DNA from: Chiloscyllium plagiosum
Lineage: Eukaryota
NCBI RefSeq assembly: GCF_004010195.1
Contig: NC_057749.1
Location: forward strand, 24,133,359-24,197,358
Direction: 5' to 3'
Length of the DNA: 64,000 nt
The translations under genes were made by a program, and so were the position numbers. Under the pieces are notes generated by a model. That model ran no database searches. It was not told where the DNA came from and worked only from the letters and a program-made list of their open reading frames with translations. This document shows positions 26,690-39,312 of the stretch, one piece after another (position 1 is the stretch's first letter; every line of letters starts with the position of its first letter).

Positions 26690-27240
26690 AGTATATACAG
26701 GTGGACTGTATCTGCTTAGAGTATAAATCCAGCAGGAACATATCAGCCAGTGTATCTATTTATTATGGAACATATCGAATGGTGCATACATTAGCAGATA
26801 TATATTGGACATGCAAGTATTGACAAGGTATCTACTGCATGGGTGTATATTTGGGGGAGTATACTGGATAAACAATAGGTAAGGTTATATTGCGTGGGTA
26901 TACACTGTGAGGGTGTATATTACATTGAGGAATATTGGGCAAGTGATTAGTGGCTGGATGGATATTGGAGGGAATATACTTTGGGTGGTGTACATTCAGC
27001 CAATATATATTGAGTGGGGTGCATGGTGGAAAGTGTATATCAGGTGCTTATTTACTGGATGACTGTATTTGGGTGGGATGTATATTTGGTGAGTAAGGGT
27101 TGAAGATGTGTATGTTGTAAGGTATGTAAATTGGACAGCTATACTCTGGGCGAGACGTATATTGATTGGAATGTATTTTGAATAAGGTGTGTATTGCTCC
27201 AGTACTCCCGTTCAGGCAGGGTGCATATTTTGGGTTTGGT
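26690..27240. repeat. Degenerate low-complexity GGTGTATATTG-like repeat
   Basis: Recurrent GTGTATATT/ATATTGG motifs with G/T strand bias. Confidence 0.55.
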
Positions 27241-27254
27241 TGGGAGAATGATAA

Positions 27255-27405
27255 GGAGAAAGTGAAGAATGCAGATGCAGGAGATCAGAGTCGAGAGTGT
27301 AGTGCTGGAAAATCAGGAATGAGGCGTATGCCCGAAACATTGATTCTCCTGCTCCTCAGATGCTGCCTGACCTGCTGTGCTTTTCCAGCACCACACTCTC
27401 GACAC
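27255..27405 (-). mobile_element. PLE-derived hairpin element (family A), internally deleted
   Basis: Tail + GTCGAGAGTGTAGTGCTGGAAAA and inverse TTTTCCAGCACCACACTCTCGAC. Confidence 0.75.
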
Positions 27406-28174
27406 TGGGGGAATGTTTAGCACGTGTAGGCTGCGTGGGTGTAAATCAGATGGGGTGTAATTTCCAATTAGCCATTTCCAAGCAGTCCCTCTTCAGATTC
27501 TCTCTCCCTGGTTCAGATTAAATTGCTCTTATGGTGTTCAAGTGGATAATCCAAACACTGCTGTTCAATGAATTTAAACAGTGAGCACAGACAATGTCTT
27601 AATCTCCCAGTAATGCTGACTGCTCTGTGCCAGTATGTACACATCGCTGATATCTTGAATGTGTGAAATTCTTCCATTATACTGTAATAGCTACTGAAGA
27701 AACAACTCAACCTGGCATGGCCAGCATTCATTTTGCATTGGCATTATTTCATTGGGCACATTATTTCATGGTACCCAGGGATATGTGCTTTAGATTTATT
27801 GCATCCTTTCTAATGGGAGAAGTGTTTCAATTTGTGTTACACGATGCACGCTCGAATTCCCAAAAGTTTTATGCCAGTTTTCTACCCCCTCCCCCCATAT
27901 TAGAACAAAAACAAAGACTTGTATTCCTATAGCACCTTTGGCAATCTTAGGACACCCCAAAACACTTTACATCCAATCAAGTCCTTCTGAGGTGTGGCCA
28001 CTGTAACAACGTTGGGAACTCAATAGCCAATCTCTGCATAGAAAGCTGCCACACAAGGTAATGTGATTATGACCAGATAGTCTGTTTTTTGGTAATGTTG
28101 ATTAAAGGTTAAATATTCATCAAGGGGCAAAAGGGATAGATGACATTTTAAGTTATGAAAATAGACTGGAAAGA

Positions 28175-28577
28175 CTAGAGTGTAGGAGGTTGAGGGGTGA
28201 CCTTATAGAGGTTTATAAAATCATGAGGGGCATGGATAGGGTGAATGACGAGGGTCTTTTCCCCAGGATGGGGGAGTTCAAAACTAGGGGGCATATTTTT
28301 ACAGTGAGAGGAGAAAGATTTAAAACGGACACGAGGGGCAACTTTTTTACACAGAGAGTGGTTTGTGTGGGGAATGAACTTCCAGAGGAAGTGGTGGATG
28401 CGGGTACAGTTACAATGTTTAAAAGACATTTGGATAAATTGATGAATAGGAAAGGTTTGGAGGGATATGGGACAAGCGCATGCAGGTGGGACTAGTTTGG
28501 TTTGGGAATATGGTCAGGGGGGACTGGTTGGACCGAAGGCTTTGTTGCCGTACTGTATGACTCTATCACTCTATGAT
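28175..28577 (+). mobile_element. CR1/HER1 LINE 3' fragment
   Basis: ORF 28190-28495 RGDLIEVYKIMRGMDRV...NFFTQRVV..NELPEEVV; ATGACTCT tail. Confidence 0.92.
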
Positions 28578-29376
28578 AGTATGAATTGTGCTGTGGGATC
28601 TGATCTCTTCACCTGAGAAGGCAGACAGAGCTTTAATTGGGCATTTCAACTGAAAGACAGTCTGCCTGACAGACTGGAGTTTATGGTTTACAGTCAGCAG
28701 GATGTGAAACGCTAACAAAATGCTGCCCGTTGTGTCTCACTGGGAGGTACTCTGGAGTTTGAGAGAGGTGGTGAGTTCAAACCCACTCTCGAGGTGAAAG
28801 AAGGTGATTAGGGCTAACAGTTCAGTCCCTGATGGACTGAAACACTGCCAGCACTGCATTCCTCTTAGGGAGAGATGTTAAACCAAATCCCTGAGTAGCT
28901 CCTGAGGGTGGATCCCAAAACTACATGGCACAATTTTAAAGAAGACATTAGTTAACGGTGGTATTAGCACACAGAGAGAGAGAACCTAAATGCAGGAAAA
29001 GTTTCTAACTGTGCAAAGCCAAGTGGCATGGCAGAATGTAAAAACAGCACAGAATGATCTAATCATTTATAGGGAAAAAAAAACCATATCTGAGAGAAAG
29101 CTAGCCAGAAATGTATTTAAAAAGTACGAGTTTCTATAAACGTTTTAAAAACAGCAAACAAAGTGAGCATTTGTCCTACAGAAATTAAGAATTAATAATG
29201 GAAATTAGGAGATGGGAGATGAATCGAATTTTGCATCTGCATTACTGTTAAACCATCTTTCCCTCTGAGACATACTGCAGGGAGGAAGGACTCTTGTTCA
29301 TGTTCTAGATGTGCTTCAAGCTAAATTAATTATTTCTGCATTCTGCTGTTATAACATAGAGAAACCCAACAGATAA

Positions 29377-29784
29377 GGTTGCTCGCTGAGCTGGTAAGTT
29401 TGTTCTCAGATATTTTGTCACCATGCTAGGTAACATCATCAGCGCACCTCCAATGAGGCGTTGGTGTTCTGTCCCACTTGCTCTTTAAGTGTCTAGGTGT
29501 GTTGGAGTTGGTGGTGTCGTTCTCAGTTTTGTTGTTGGCTTTGATTCAATTGGATTGGGCCCCATACACCAACCACTAAGAAACAGGACCAACAAAGAAC
29601 TGGAAATGGCACCACCAACCCCAGTAGAACCAGACACATACACAGCAAGTGGGACAGACCATCAGTGCTTCACTGGAGGCTCACTGATGATATTACCCAG
29701 CATGGTGACGAAACGTCTGTGAACAAACTTACCAGCTCAGTGAGCAAGTCAACAGCCTGAGCTCCAAATCTTCTTGAATACTCT
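29377..29784 (+). mobile_element. PLE-derived inverted-pLTR element (family D)
   Basis: 29378-29530 is the reverse complement of ~29590-29752; tail to 29784; 16-bp TSD GAAAYCCAACAGATAA at 29361-76 and 29785-800; hammerhead core CUGAUGA(29684)...GAAACGUC(29717). Confidence 0.85.
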
Positions 29785-30774
29785 GAAATCCAACAGATAA
29801 TTTGCACATAGCCTCATCCCACAAACCATAATATGACATTTGACTGGCTAAACTGGCTGTCACTGATGTTGAGGGACAAATATTAACCACGATGCCACAA
29901 AGTTACCCCTGCTATCCGTGAATCATACCATGGCATCTTTTGTGTCCAACATAAAGCAGAGATAGTCTGGTAAGCTTTCTGAAATGCAGTCCTTCTGAGA
30001 GTGTAGCTATCCCCCAGTATGGAATTGTGAGGGTCAAACAAGATTGCAAAATGCAGTCATTGGAGTCAAAGCCAGAATGCAATGACTATCCCATCTGTAC
30101 TTGGAGTCTGTTTCTGATGTTCCTGAGGCAGCTCAAGAACAGCTGCCTTCCAACTAACCTGTTGAAAGGTGTCGGTGTCTTTTTTATATGAAATCTCTTT
30201 AATTTTGTTTTTAATTGTGGGACCCAATGTTCATGCTTTGAACTTGCTTTTGATCCAATATTTTTAAAAATCAAACAATCTAGTCTACCAGACAGAAGCT
30301 TTAAACATTTCCCCATCACATCCAATGGCACTACTGTCTTCACATGCTCTGCCATTGACTGGGAACTGACTTGGTTAGCCATAGGCTGGGAATCCTGCAG
30401 CAAATAACTCCCCTCCTGTCTCCTCAAAGCCTGTTCACCATCTACAAAGCACAAGTGTTAAGCAGTGGTTTTTTCCACTTGCCCAGTTGAGTGCTATTCC
30501 AACATCTCCCAACAAGGTCAACACCAAAGAGCCCATTTGCTAGGTATTAAATCCGCCATTTTATACATTCACTTCTTCCATCATTGATGGATAGTGGAAG
30601 CAGAATATACAATCTACCAGATGCACTTCAGTAACTCAACAAGACTCCTTTTGACCTCTACTACACAGAAGGAGAAGGACAATAGGCTTCTAACAACATA
30701 TTCAACCACCAAGCCACAACCTGATTTGGCAATCAATCACCAATCCTTCAATGTAACTGGACCAAGATAGGATC

Positions 30775-31092
30775 CATAGAATCCCGACAGTATAGAGACA
30801 GACCGTTCGGCCTATCAAATCCACACTGACCCTCCAAAGAGCATCCCATCAAGACCCAACCCCTCACTCTATCCCCATAACCCTGCATTTCCCATGGTTA
30901 ACCCATCTAACCTGCACACTATGGGTAATTTAGCATGACCAAACTAACCTATACATTGTTGGACTGTGGGAGGAAACCCACACAGACTTAGAGAGAATGC
31001 ACAAATTCCACAAAGACAGTTGTCTGAGGGTGGAATCGAATCTGGGTGTCTGGTACCACGAGACATCTGTGCTAACCACAGAGCCACTGTGC
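30775..31092 (-). mobile_element. HE1-type V-SINE
   Basis: Matches the other copies. Confidence 0.8.
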
Positions 31093-32327
31093 TGCGGTGA
31101 TCTGGAAACCTAACTACATGATGGCTGTCTCTATACTTCAGGGGGTGCAGTGACTCATAAAGACAACTTGCCACCCACCTTCTCAAGGCCAATCAGGAAG
31201 AGTCAGACCTAGCCAGTGATGCCCATATCTGGCGAATGAATATGAAAGGGAAAGGAAGGCAGAATTCAGGGCTAGCTTGGTCACGCAAACGGTCAGGAAT
31301 TAGCTGCATAAACTGAGATACTTACAGATCTGTTCCTTTTCAATTAGTCCTCTTGGTCGAAAGCCCTTATTAAAAAAAAACCTTGTCTAATGGAACCGTC
31401 AGCAAACTGATCCAAATTCGTCTCTCCAAGGAAAATAGAAGTCCTTCCATTTTTATAATGGTTTTCGTCATTTCAGGACTTTCAATGGATATTATAGCCA
31501 ATGAAATATTTTATTGAAGTATGGTCCCCATTATAACATAGGAAACTCCGCAGCCAATTTACAGTAAGCACCCAAAACAGCAATGTAATTCTTTTGCACG
31601 ATATGAGTATTGCTGGTGAGGCCAGTGTCTCTTGCCAATCCCTAATTCCCCTTTAGGAGGCAATTGTGAGCTGACCTCTTTAACTGTTGAGTAGGAATAC
31701 CCACAATGCTGTTGGGAAGGGACACACTGGATTCTGACCCGAAGGAGCAGCAATATAGTTTTATACCAGGATGGGTGTGGCTTGGAGGAAAGCGTGCAAG
31801 TGATGATCAGATAACATGGTTTAGGGATGTCGGCTGAGGCATCATTATTTACATCTATCTGGCCTACAGCACATGGACTGCAGTGGTTCAAGAAGGCAGC
31901 CCTTCTCAAGGGACAACGACGGACGAGCAATAAATGCTGGTCCAGTCAACGACACCCACGCCCCACAAGTGATTTGAAAAAAAAGGAAGAGTGCTTCAAT
32001 TTAACATCACTTCTGAGAGGACACTCACAGATCAGAAACCATTTTCCTTTGAGAAGTGTTTCCACGCTGTTTCGCCCCATGACTCTGTAAATGACAATTT
32101 GAAATGAAAATAAAATGTAGACCCAAGTGATTTTGGGTTGAGTTGCAGGATGCCATGAGCACAGAGCTCTCAAACATCTTGTGATAAGAAGACCCGCACT
32201 GGAGTCAATCTAAATTGTGAACCAAAATCTGGAGGAAGCTAACTAACCTTTGACCTCCTGATTTCATACTGAGTCATCAAGTCTGACCCTTGCACCCTGC
32301 ACAGTCGGAGACACTGTGGGCAGCGGG

Positions 32328-32705
32328 TCATGAGACCATAAGAAACAGGAATAGGAGTAGGCCCCTCGGGTCTGCTCCACCATTCAATAACGTCATTGCT
32401 GATCCGACATTCCTTCCCCCATAACCCTTGATTCTCCGATCAACAATCCATCTACCTCAGCCTTAAATATACTCAAGGACTCTGCCCCCACAGCTCTCTC
32501 TGTGCCAAGAAGTTCCAAAGACACACAACACTCTGAGAGAAGAAATTCCTCCTCGTCTTAGTCTTAAATTAATGCCCTTTATTCTGAGACTGTATCCCCT
32601 TGGTCCTAGACCCTCCCAGGAGGGGAACCATCCTCTCAGCATTTAGCCTGTCAAGTCCCTTATTAAGACTCTGAAACTTCAATAAGTTACCCCCATTCTT
32701 CTCAA
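32328..32705 (-). mobile_element. CR1 LINE 3' fragment
   Basis: CATAAGAAACAGGAATAGGAGTAGGCC tail and CTCTGAGAGAAGAAATTCCTCCTC (RRNFFSQ on minus). Confidence 0.75.
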
Positions 32706-33191
32706 CTGATGTGATATTGGCAACCATGAAAAGGAGATAAAAATAAGATTGATTCGTTTTGTTAGCTGTCCCAAAAAAAACAAATGTCAGTGCTCAGTTG
32801 AAACCTCCTCAGTCATCCCATTGCTGCCTGTGGGAGTTTTTTGTGCACATTCCTACATTTCAACAATTCTTGAGCTCTACTTGACCTTAAGGGTCTTTGG
32901 AATGTCCAAAGATTTGATAGAAATGCAAGCTTTGCATAAGGTTTATATTAAGTAAACAGATTTGTCCCCTCTTTCTCTCTTCCCTATCTCTCCAACCCCA
33001 ATACCCCACTCTCATCCCTGACCCCAGTTACTGTGGCTTCTGCAGCTGATGGTTTGGACAATCGACCAATTTTTTAGTTTATGTCGGAGACTCTGTCCCC
33101 ACAATGACCTCAGGAAAGCAACTGGCTCAAACCCTGACAAGTCAAGAAAGTCTGCAACAGTTGGAAATTTGAATAAAAAAAGCAAATGAAA

Positions 33192-33495
33192 GCACAGTGA
33201 CTCAGTGGTTAGCACTGCTGCCTCACAGCGCCAGGGACATGGGTTCAATTCCATCCTTGGAGTTTGCCTATTCTCCCCGTTTCTGCATGGGTTTCCTCCT
33301 GGTGCTCCAGTTCCCTCCCACAGTCCAAAGATGTGCAGATTAGGTGGGTTGGCCATAGAGTCCAGGTATATGCTGGTGAGGTGGATTAGCTGTGGGATAT
33401 GCAGGATTACGGCGACTGAGTGGGATGCTCCTTGGAGAGATAGTGCAAACATGATGGGCTGAATGGCTTTTTTCTGTTCTGTAGAGATACTATGA
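33192..33495 (+). mobile_element. HE1-type V-SINE
   Basis: Matches the other copies. Confidence 0.82.
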
Positions 33496-34221
33496 TCAGT
33501 TAGCAAAAAAGGCCAAAACAAATTTTGCAAACTCGCAGTCCCGTCTGACATATGCAGATATTTCTAATTAACCTCTTCATACATGTTGTGACCCATGTCT
33601 GGAGGAGGTAGGACTTGAGGCCAGGCCTCCTGGCTCAGTGATAGGGACAGTACCACTTAAGTGCTACTGCGGGAATGTATTTCGGGAATTTCAAGGTCAA
33701 ATTGTATCATTTTCCATGAAAAGCGTCCCCTGCGAAAGGTGAACAAAAATGTGCCCAACCCCCGAGAGAACCTGTCATCGCTAACAGATCATCACTTTGT
33801 CAGGCACTTTACAGTGCAGCCTGTTATCTGCATTGCTGGGATGGTCAGTAATTATCTCAAGGCTACACATGCTAGACATCTGCCAATGGCAGCTGCTGTT
33901 TAGACAATGCGAATTATGTCGAGCAAAAGGAACACAGTAGGGGTCTTAGCATGTTCCATTTGGAATCATCTGGATTTTACAGCTTTTAAGAGTTATTTTA
34001 ATGGGTATGGCTCCACAGTGTACAGTAGCCTGGCATTTAATACACCCCTGGCACTCAGCCCTTCGTCATTCAGAAAACAAAGGGTGTGCAGTTCGCTGAT
34101 TCATGAGTTGGAAATGCCCGTGCATAAGCACCAGGCATGTCAACCAGAGAATAAGATACATGAGCTTGTCACTCTAATTGTCTACCATCCCAACAATGTG
34201 GAAAGCAGACTGCACTGCCCC

Positions 34222-34427
34222 GTCAAGATTAGAGTGGGGCTGGCAAAGCACAGCAGGTCAGGCAGCATCCCAGGAGCAGGAAAATCGACGTTTCAGGCAA
34301 AAGCTCTTCATCGGGAACTGAAACATTCATTTCTCCTGCTCCTTTGATGCTTCCTGACCTCCTGTGCTTTTCCAGCACCACTCTAATCTTGACTCTAACT
34401 CCAGCATCTGCAGTACCCACCTCTGCC
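34222..34427 (+). mobile_element. PLE-derived hairpin element (family A variant)
   Basis: GTCAAGATTAGAGTGG...CCACTCTAATCTTGAC inverted ends; tail on the right; flanking CTGCACTGC direct repeat at 34210-18 and 34428-36. Confidence 0.8.
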
Positions 34428-35685
34428 CTGCACTGCAAAGTGTCTGACAAAATGATGATCTGATAGCGATGACAATGCTTTCCGGAATTTGCTTCCAAAA
34501 GGAGGGAGCTGACTGGAGGTCAGATGCATTGACAAGGTTCCTCATGGTAGATTGGTTAGCAGGGCTAGGTCACATGGAATCCAGCTGAAACTTTATTGCT
34601 GGAACAGCACAGCAGGTCAGGCAGCATCTAGGGAACAGAAGATTCGACGTTTCGGGCACATGCCCTTCCACATGGAATCCAGGACAATTGGATACAAAAT
34701 TGACTTGAAGGTAGGAGACAGAAGGTGGTGGTGGAGGGTTGCTTTTCAAACTAGAGGCCTGTGACCAGTGGTTTGCTGCAGGGATCGGTGCTGGGTCCAC
34801 TGTTATTTGTGAATGATTTGGATGTGAATATAGGAGATCTTGTTAGTGAGTTTGCAGAGGACACCAAAATTGGAGGTGGAGTGGACAGCGCAGAAACTTA
34901 TCTCAGAGTACAACGGGACCTTGATCAGGTGGGCCAATAGGTCAAGGGGTAGCAGATGGAGTTTTAACATAGAACGTTGCAGTGCAGTACAGGGCCTTCA
35001 GCCCTCGATGTTGCACCGACCTGTGAAATTAATCTGATGCCCATCGAACCTACACCGTTCCATTATTATCCATATATATGTCCAATGCCCATTTAAATGC
35101 CCTTAACGTTGGCGAGTCTACTACTGTTGCAGGCAGGCCATTCCATGCCCATACTACTACTCTGAGTCAAGAAACTACCCCTGACATCGGTCCTAAATCT
35201 ATCACCCCTCAATTTAAAGCTATGTCCCCTTGTGTTAGCCTTCACCATCTAAGGAAAAAGGCTCACATTGTCCACCCTATCTAACCCTCTGATTATCTTA
35301 TATTCACCTGAGAGGTGACTTAATCATTTTGTCACCTCTCAACCTTCTTCTCTCCAATGAAAACAGCCTCAGTTCCCTCAGCCTTTCCTCGTAAGACCTT
35401 CCTTCCATACCAGGCAACATCCTAATAAATCTTCTCTGAAACCTTTCCAAAGCTTCCACATGCTTCCTTTTGAATTGTACGCAAAACTCCGGTGCGGCCT
35501 TATCAGTGCCTTATACAGTTGAAGCATGACCTTGTGGCTCCGAAACTCAATCCCCCTACCAATAAACACCAACACATCATATTCTTAACAGCCTTCTTAA
35601 CACTCTCAACCTGGGTGGCAACTTCCAAGGTTTTATGCACCTGGACACCGAGATCTGTTCATCTACACTGCCAAGAATTTTACCA

Positions 35686-35949
35686 AGTTAAAAATCACAC
35701 AACACCAGGTTATAGTCCAACAGGTTTAATTGGAAGCACTAGCTTTCGGAGCGACGCTCCTTCATCAGACGATAGTGGAGGGCTCGATCATAACACAGAT
35801 CGTAATACAATCGAGCCCTCCACTATCACCTGATGAAGGAGCGTCGCTCCGAAAGCTAGTGTGCTTCCAATTAAACCTGTTGGACTATAACCTGGTGTTG
35901 TGTGATTTTTAACTTTGTACACCCCAGTCCAACACCGGCATCTCCAAAT
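35686..35949 (+). mobile_element. Near-perfect palindromic element (family C) with paired hammerhead cores, tail on the right
   Basis: Arms ~35685-35789 and ~35809-35915; tail 35916-35949; 14-bp TSD CAAGAATTTTACCA at 35672-85 and 35950-63, inside a CR1. Confidence 0.9.
35827..35861 (+). ncRNA. Minimal type I hammerhead ribozyme motif
   Basis: CAC-CUGAUGA-A-GGAGC/GUC/GCUCC-GAAAG-CUA-GUG: stems I and II pair perfectly; palindromic AGCU in stem III. Confidence 0.75.
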
Positions 35950-37556
35950 CAAGAATTTTACCATTAGCCCAGTACTCGGCATTCCTGTTCTTCCGAAGTG
36001 AACTACGTCACACTTTTCCACATTAATTCCATTTGTCACTTCTCAGCCCAGCTCTGCATCTTATCTACGTCCCTTGGTAACCCACAACTTAGTTTAGATA
36101 AATGTGAGGTGTGGTACTTTGGTAAAGTAAATCAAGACAGGACGTATAAAGTTAATGGTAGGGCCCTGGGGAGTGTTGTTGAACAAAGAGACCTGGGGCG
36201 CAGGTGCATAGTTCCTTGAAAGTGAAGTCACATGTAGACAGGACGGCAAAGATGGCGTTTGGCACCTTCATTTGTCATTGCATTGAGTATAGGAGTTGGG
36301 CGGGCATTTTGTAGCTGTACAGGACACTGGCTAGGCCACCCTTAGAATACTGTACTCAATTCTGATTTCCCCTCCTGAGGAAGGATGTTGTTAAATTTGG
36401 GAAGATTCAGAAAACATTTACAAAGATGTTGCTGGGATTGGAAGGTTTGAGTTTGGGGAGACGTCAAATAGGCTGAGATTGCTTTCCCTGGAGTGCCGGA
36501 GGCTGAGAGATGACCTTATAGAGGTTTATAAAATCATGAGGGGCATGGATCGGGTGAATAGTCAAGATCGTTTTCCCCAGGATGGGGGAGTCCAAACTGT
36601 ACCTGAGAGAAACAAAAACAGGAAGTACTGGAAAAACTCAGCAGGTCTGGCAGCATCTGTGGAGAGAGAAAGCGTGTTAGTGTTCCAAATCCAGTATGGC
36701 TCTTCCTGAGAACTCATGTTCAAGTGACCCAATGCTGACACTGATTCCTGGCACTTGTTCAGGTCCAGGTGGTTGGCACGGTAGCAGAGAGCTGACTATC
36801 CTTAGAAGAGCAGCAAGTAAATAGGAACAGTTGGACACTGGGTAGGACATTCACCTGGACTCAGGAAAAACCTTCTCTGTAGAGCTGCTGCTGCAATAAA
36901 GGTTAAGTATTCAGTGAGTATTAATATTATTAACGACCTCCAAATGTCAGTGTTGATATCCACTGAGAACTCTCCTCCTGTACAAAATTGCCAACCATGC
37001 CAGCTCCACGACTACAACCATGGCTGGCCAATTCATTTGAGTCACAAAAGCCCTGAGACTCCAAGAACCACAGACCCTGGATTGTGACCCGGCCGAGGAC
37101 CTTGGGCTCTGAACCTGCGGGATAGGAGATCATTTCACAAACTTTATGCCAATCTCTGCCTCGCTCCTACAAACCACAATCTGTAGGAATGGGTTCAGCT
37201 TCCAGCTCTGCTTTGGCCTCTTGAACCATCTTTCAATACAATCATGGCTGACCATCCTCCTCCCACCTTTGCCGATACCCACCCCTACCCAAAATCTCTC
37301 TGTCTCAGCCTTAAATACAATGGAGCGCTCTCTGGGGCTGACAATTCCAAAGGTTCATCATCTCTGAGTGAAGCAATTTCTCCTCATCTAAATCCTAAAT
37401 AACCAGCCCATTATTCTGGCACTATAACCCCTGTGTGGTAGATTTCCCCCCAGCCCAGAGACACAACAGAGACAGTCCACCCTGTCAATCCCCTTCAAAA
37501 TCCTGTATGCTTCAAAGAGATCATCTCATTCTTCACAACCCCAGAGAATACTGACT

Positions 37557-37880
37557 GCACGGTGGCTCAGTAGTTAGCACTGCTGCCTCATAGCACCAGG
37601 GATTTGAGTTTGATTCCAGCCTTGGGTGACTGAGTTTGCACGTTCTCCCTATGTCTGTGTGAGTTTCCTCCTATAGTCCAAAGATGTGCAAGCTGGTGTA
37701 GATTGGCCATGCTAAATTGGCCACAGTGTCCAGGGATGTGTAGGCTAGGTGGAGTAGCCATGGAAAATGTGGGGTTATGGGGATAGGATGGGAGTTGAGT
37801 CTGGGTGGGATGCTCTTCAGAGAGTCAGTGCAAACTTGATGAGTCAAATGGCCTCTTTCTGCACTGTAGTGATTCTATGA
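37557..37880 (+). mobile_element. HE1-type V-SINE
   Basis: Matches the other copies. Confidence 0.85.
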
Positions 37881-39049
37881 ACATAGACTTAATTTGCTCA
37901 ATCTCTCATCGTTGGACAACCCAATTAATCAAGGCACCACTCTGTGAACCTTCAATGTATCTATTATCATTGCAAATATATACTCCCTTCAATATGGAGA
38001 TCAAACTTTGCTTTGTATTATGGCTGCGATCTCACCAAAGCCCTGAGGACTTCCAGTAGGACCTCCTTGTTCCTGTACTATAATCCTCTTGGAACCAAGA
38101 CCAATGTGCAAATTGTTTACTGCACCCTCAAGCTAATTTTCTTTGTATCAATAGGCCCAAGTTCCTCCGCACATCAACATTTGGGAGTTTCACAGCTTTT
38201 AAACAACACTCTTCTTCTTTATTCTTACTATCAAAGTGGACAACTTTGTAGAATTCATTAATGGGATTTCAATGTCACTGCTGGGTCACCTATTATTACC
38301 CATCCCTAATTGTTCAGGGAACAGTTAAGAATCAACCACCTTGCCGAGCGTCTGGATTTGCATGTAGACCAGACCAGGAAAGGATGGCAGATTTCCCTCC
38401 CTAAAGGGCATTAGTGAACCAGATGTTTTTTTAAGAGCCAACAATGGACAGTAGTCACATGGTCAATATGACACTATCTTTCAGTTCCATAATGTTATTG
38501 AACTCAAATTTCACTATTTGCTGCAATAGGGTTCATTCTCACTTCCCCAGCATGGAGCTCAGGATTACCAGTCCAGCAGCACTAACACTACATCACCACC
38601 TCTCCCATTCACATTGCTCCAAGTGACAGTGCCACTGCCCCTTGTTGACCACGAGCAGAAGCTGTCTTTGCAGCCTCCCTGTTACCAGCCCACAGTTTAC
38701 ATTCCCAGTTAGATTCACCAGCAGCAAACTCAGACCACCTCTGTCTCTCTATTATACCAACATCCCCCAATCACCAGTCCCCAAGCCTCTGAGTTGTTAC
38801 ACGGCCATTCCCAATAGGAAGGACTGGAGGAGTCACTGTTTCTTCCACTGGGACATGGGAATCCTGGTATCCATTGTACTCAGATCTCTCTTGTTCCCTT
38901 GGCATTGACTCCACCTCTCTCCCTGATCACTGCGCCGGGCTTAACCAGGCCACTCTCTATCTCAGAGTCCAACTCTAACTGGAGCGTCTGGTCTTATGCC
39001 TGTTACCTCACCATCTCCTTTCGGCTTAGTAACATTACCTCTCTCAGCA

Positions 39050-39308
39050 CACCCGCGTGTGATTGTGAGTTTTTACACTGGGGATGTGTATATGTTGACT
39101 TGTGTGTGTATGTGCACGTGTGTTCATGTATACACACTTGTATCTGTGCATTTATCTGCACTCCTGCATGTGTGTGTGTTTTTGTGTTTGTGCACACTTG
39201 TGTGCATGTGTGGGTCAGGTAGTGTGTATGAGTGTATGTGTGTCTGGGTGAGTGTGTGATACTGAGTGTGTGAATCAATGTGTGAGAGGGAATGTGTGCA
39301 TATATTTG
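39050..39308. repeat. Degenerate (TG)n-rich simple repeat
   Basis: Composition; it continues at 39940-40015 after the SINE and the palindrome. Confidence 0.8.
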
Positions 39309-39312
39309 AGCC

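Larger units (their letters stand above)
34530..36598 (+). mobile_element. CR1 LINE RT region, interrupted by a PLE fragment (34585-34667) and an antisense CR1 (34967-36088)
   Basis: AFDKVPH-like motif, QGSVLGPLLF, FAEDTKIGG; after the insert DKCEVWYFGK...ECRRLRDDLIEVYKIMRG. Confidence 0.8.

Noticed and set aside
35686..35949. Palindromes as DNA-transposon MITEs or miRNA precursors
   Set aside because: Variable 14-17 bp TSDs, a one-sided tail, hammerhead cores and (families A and D) identity to PLE 3' ends fit retrotransposition. Small-RNA production is not excluded but is unsupported.
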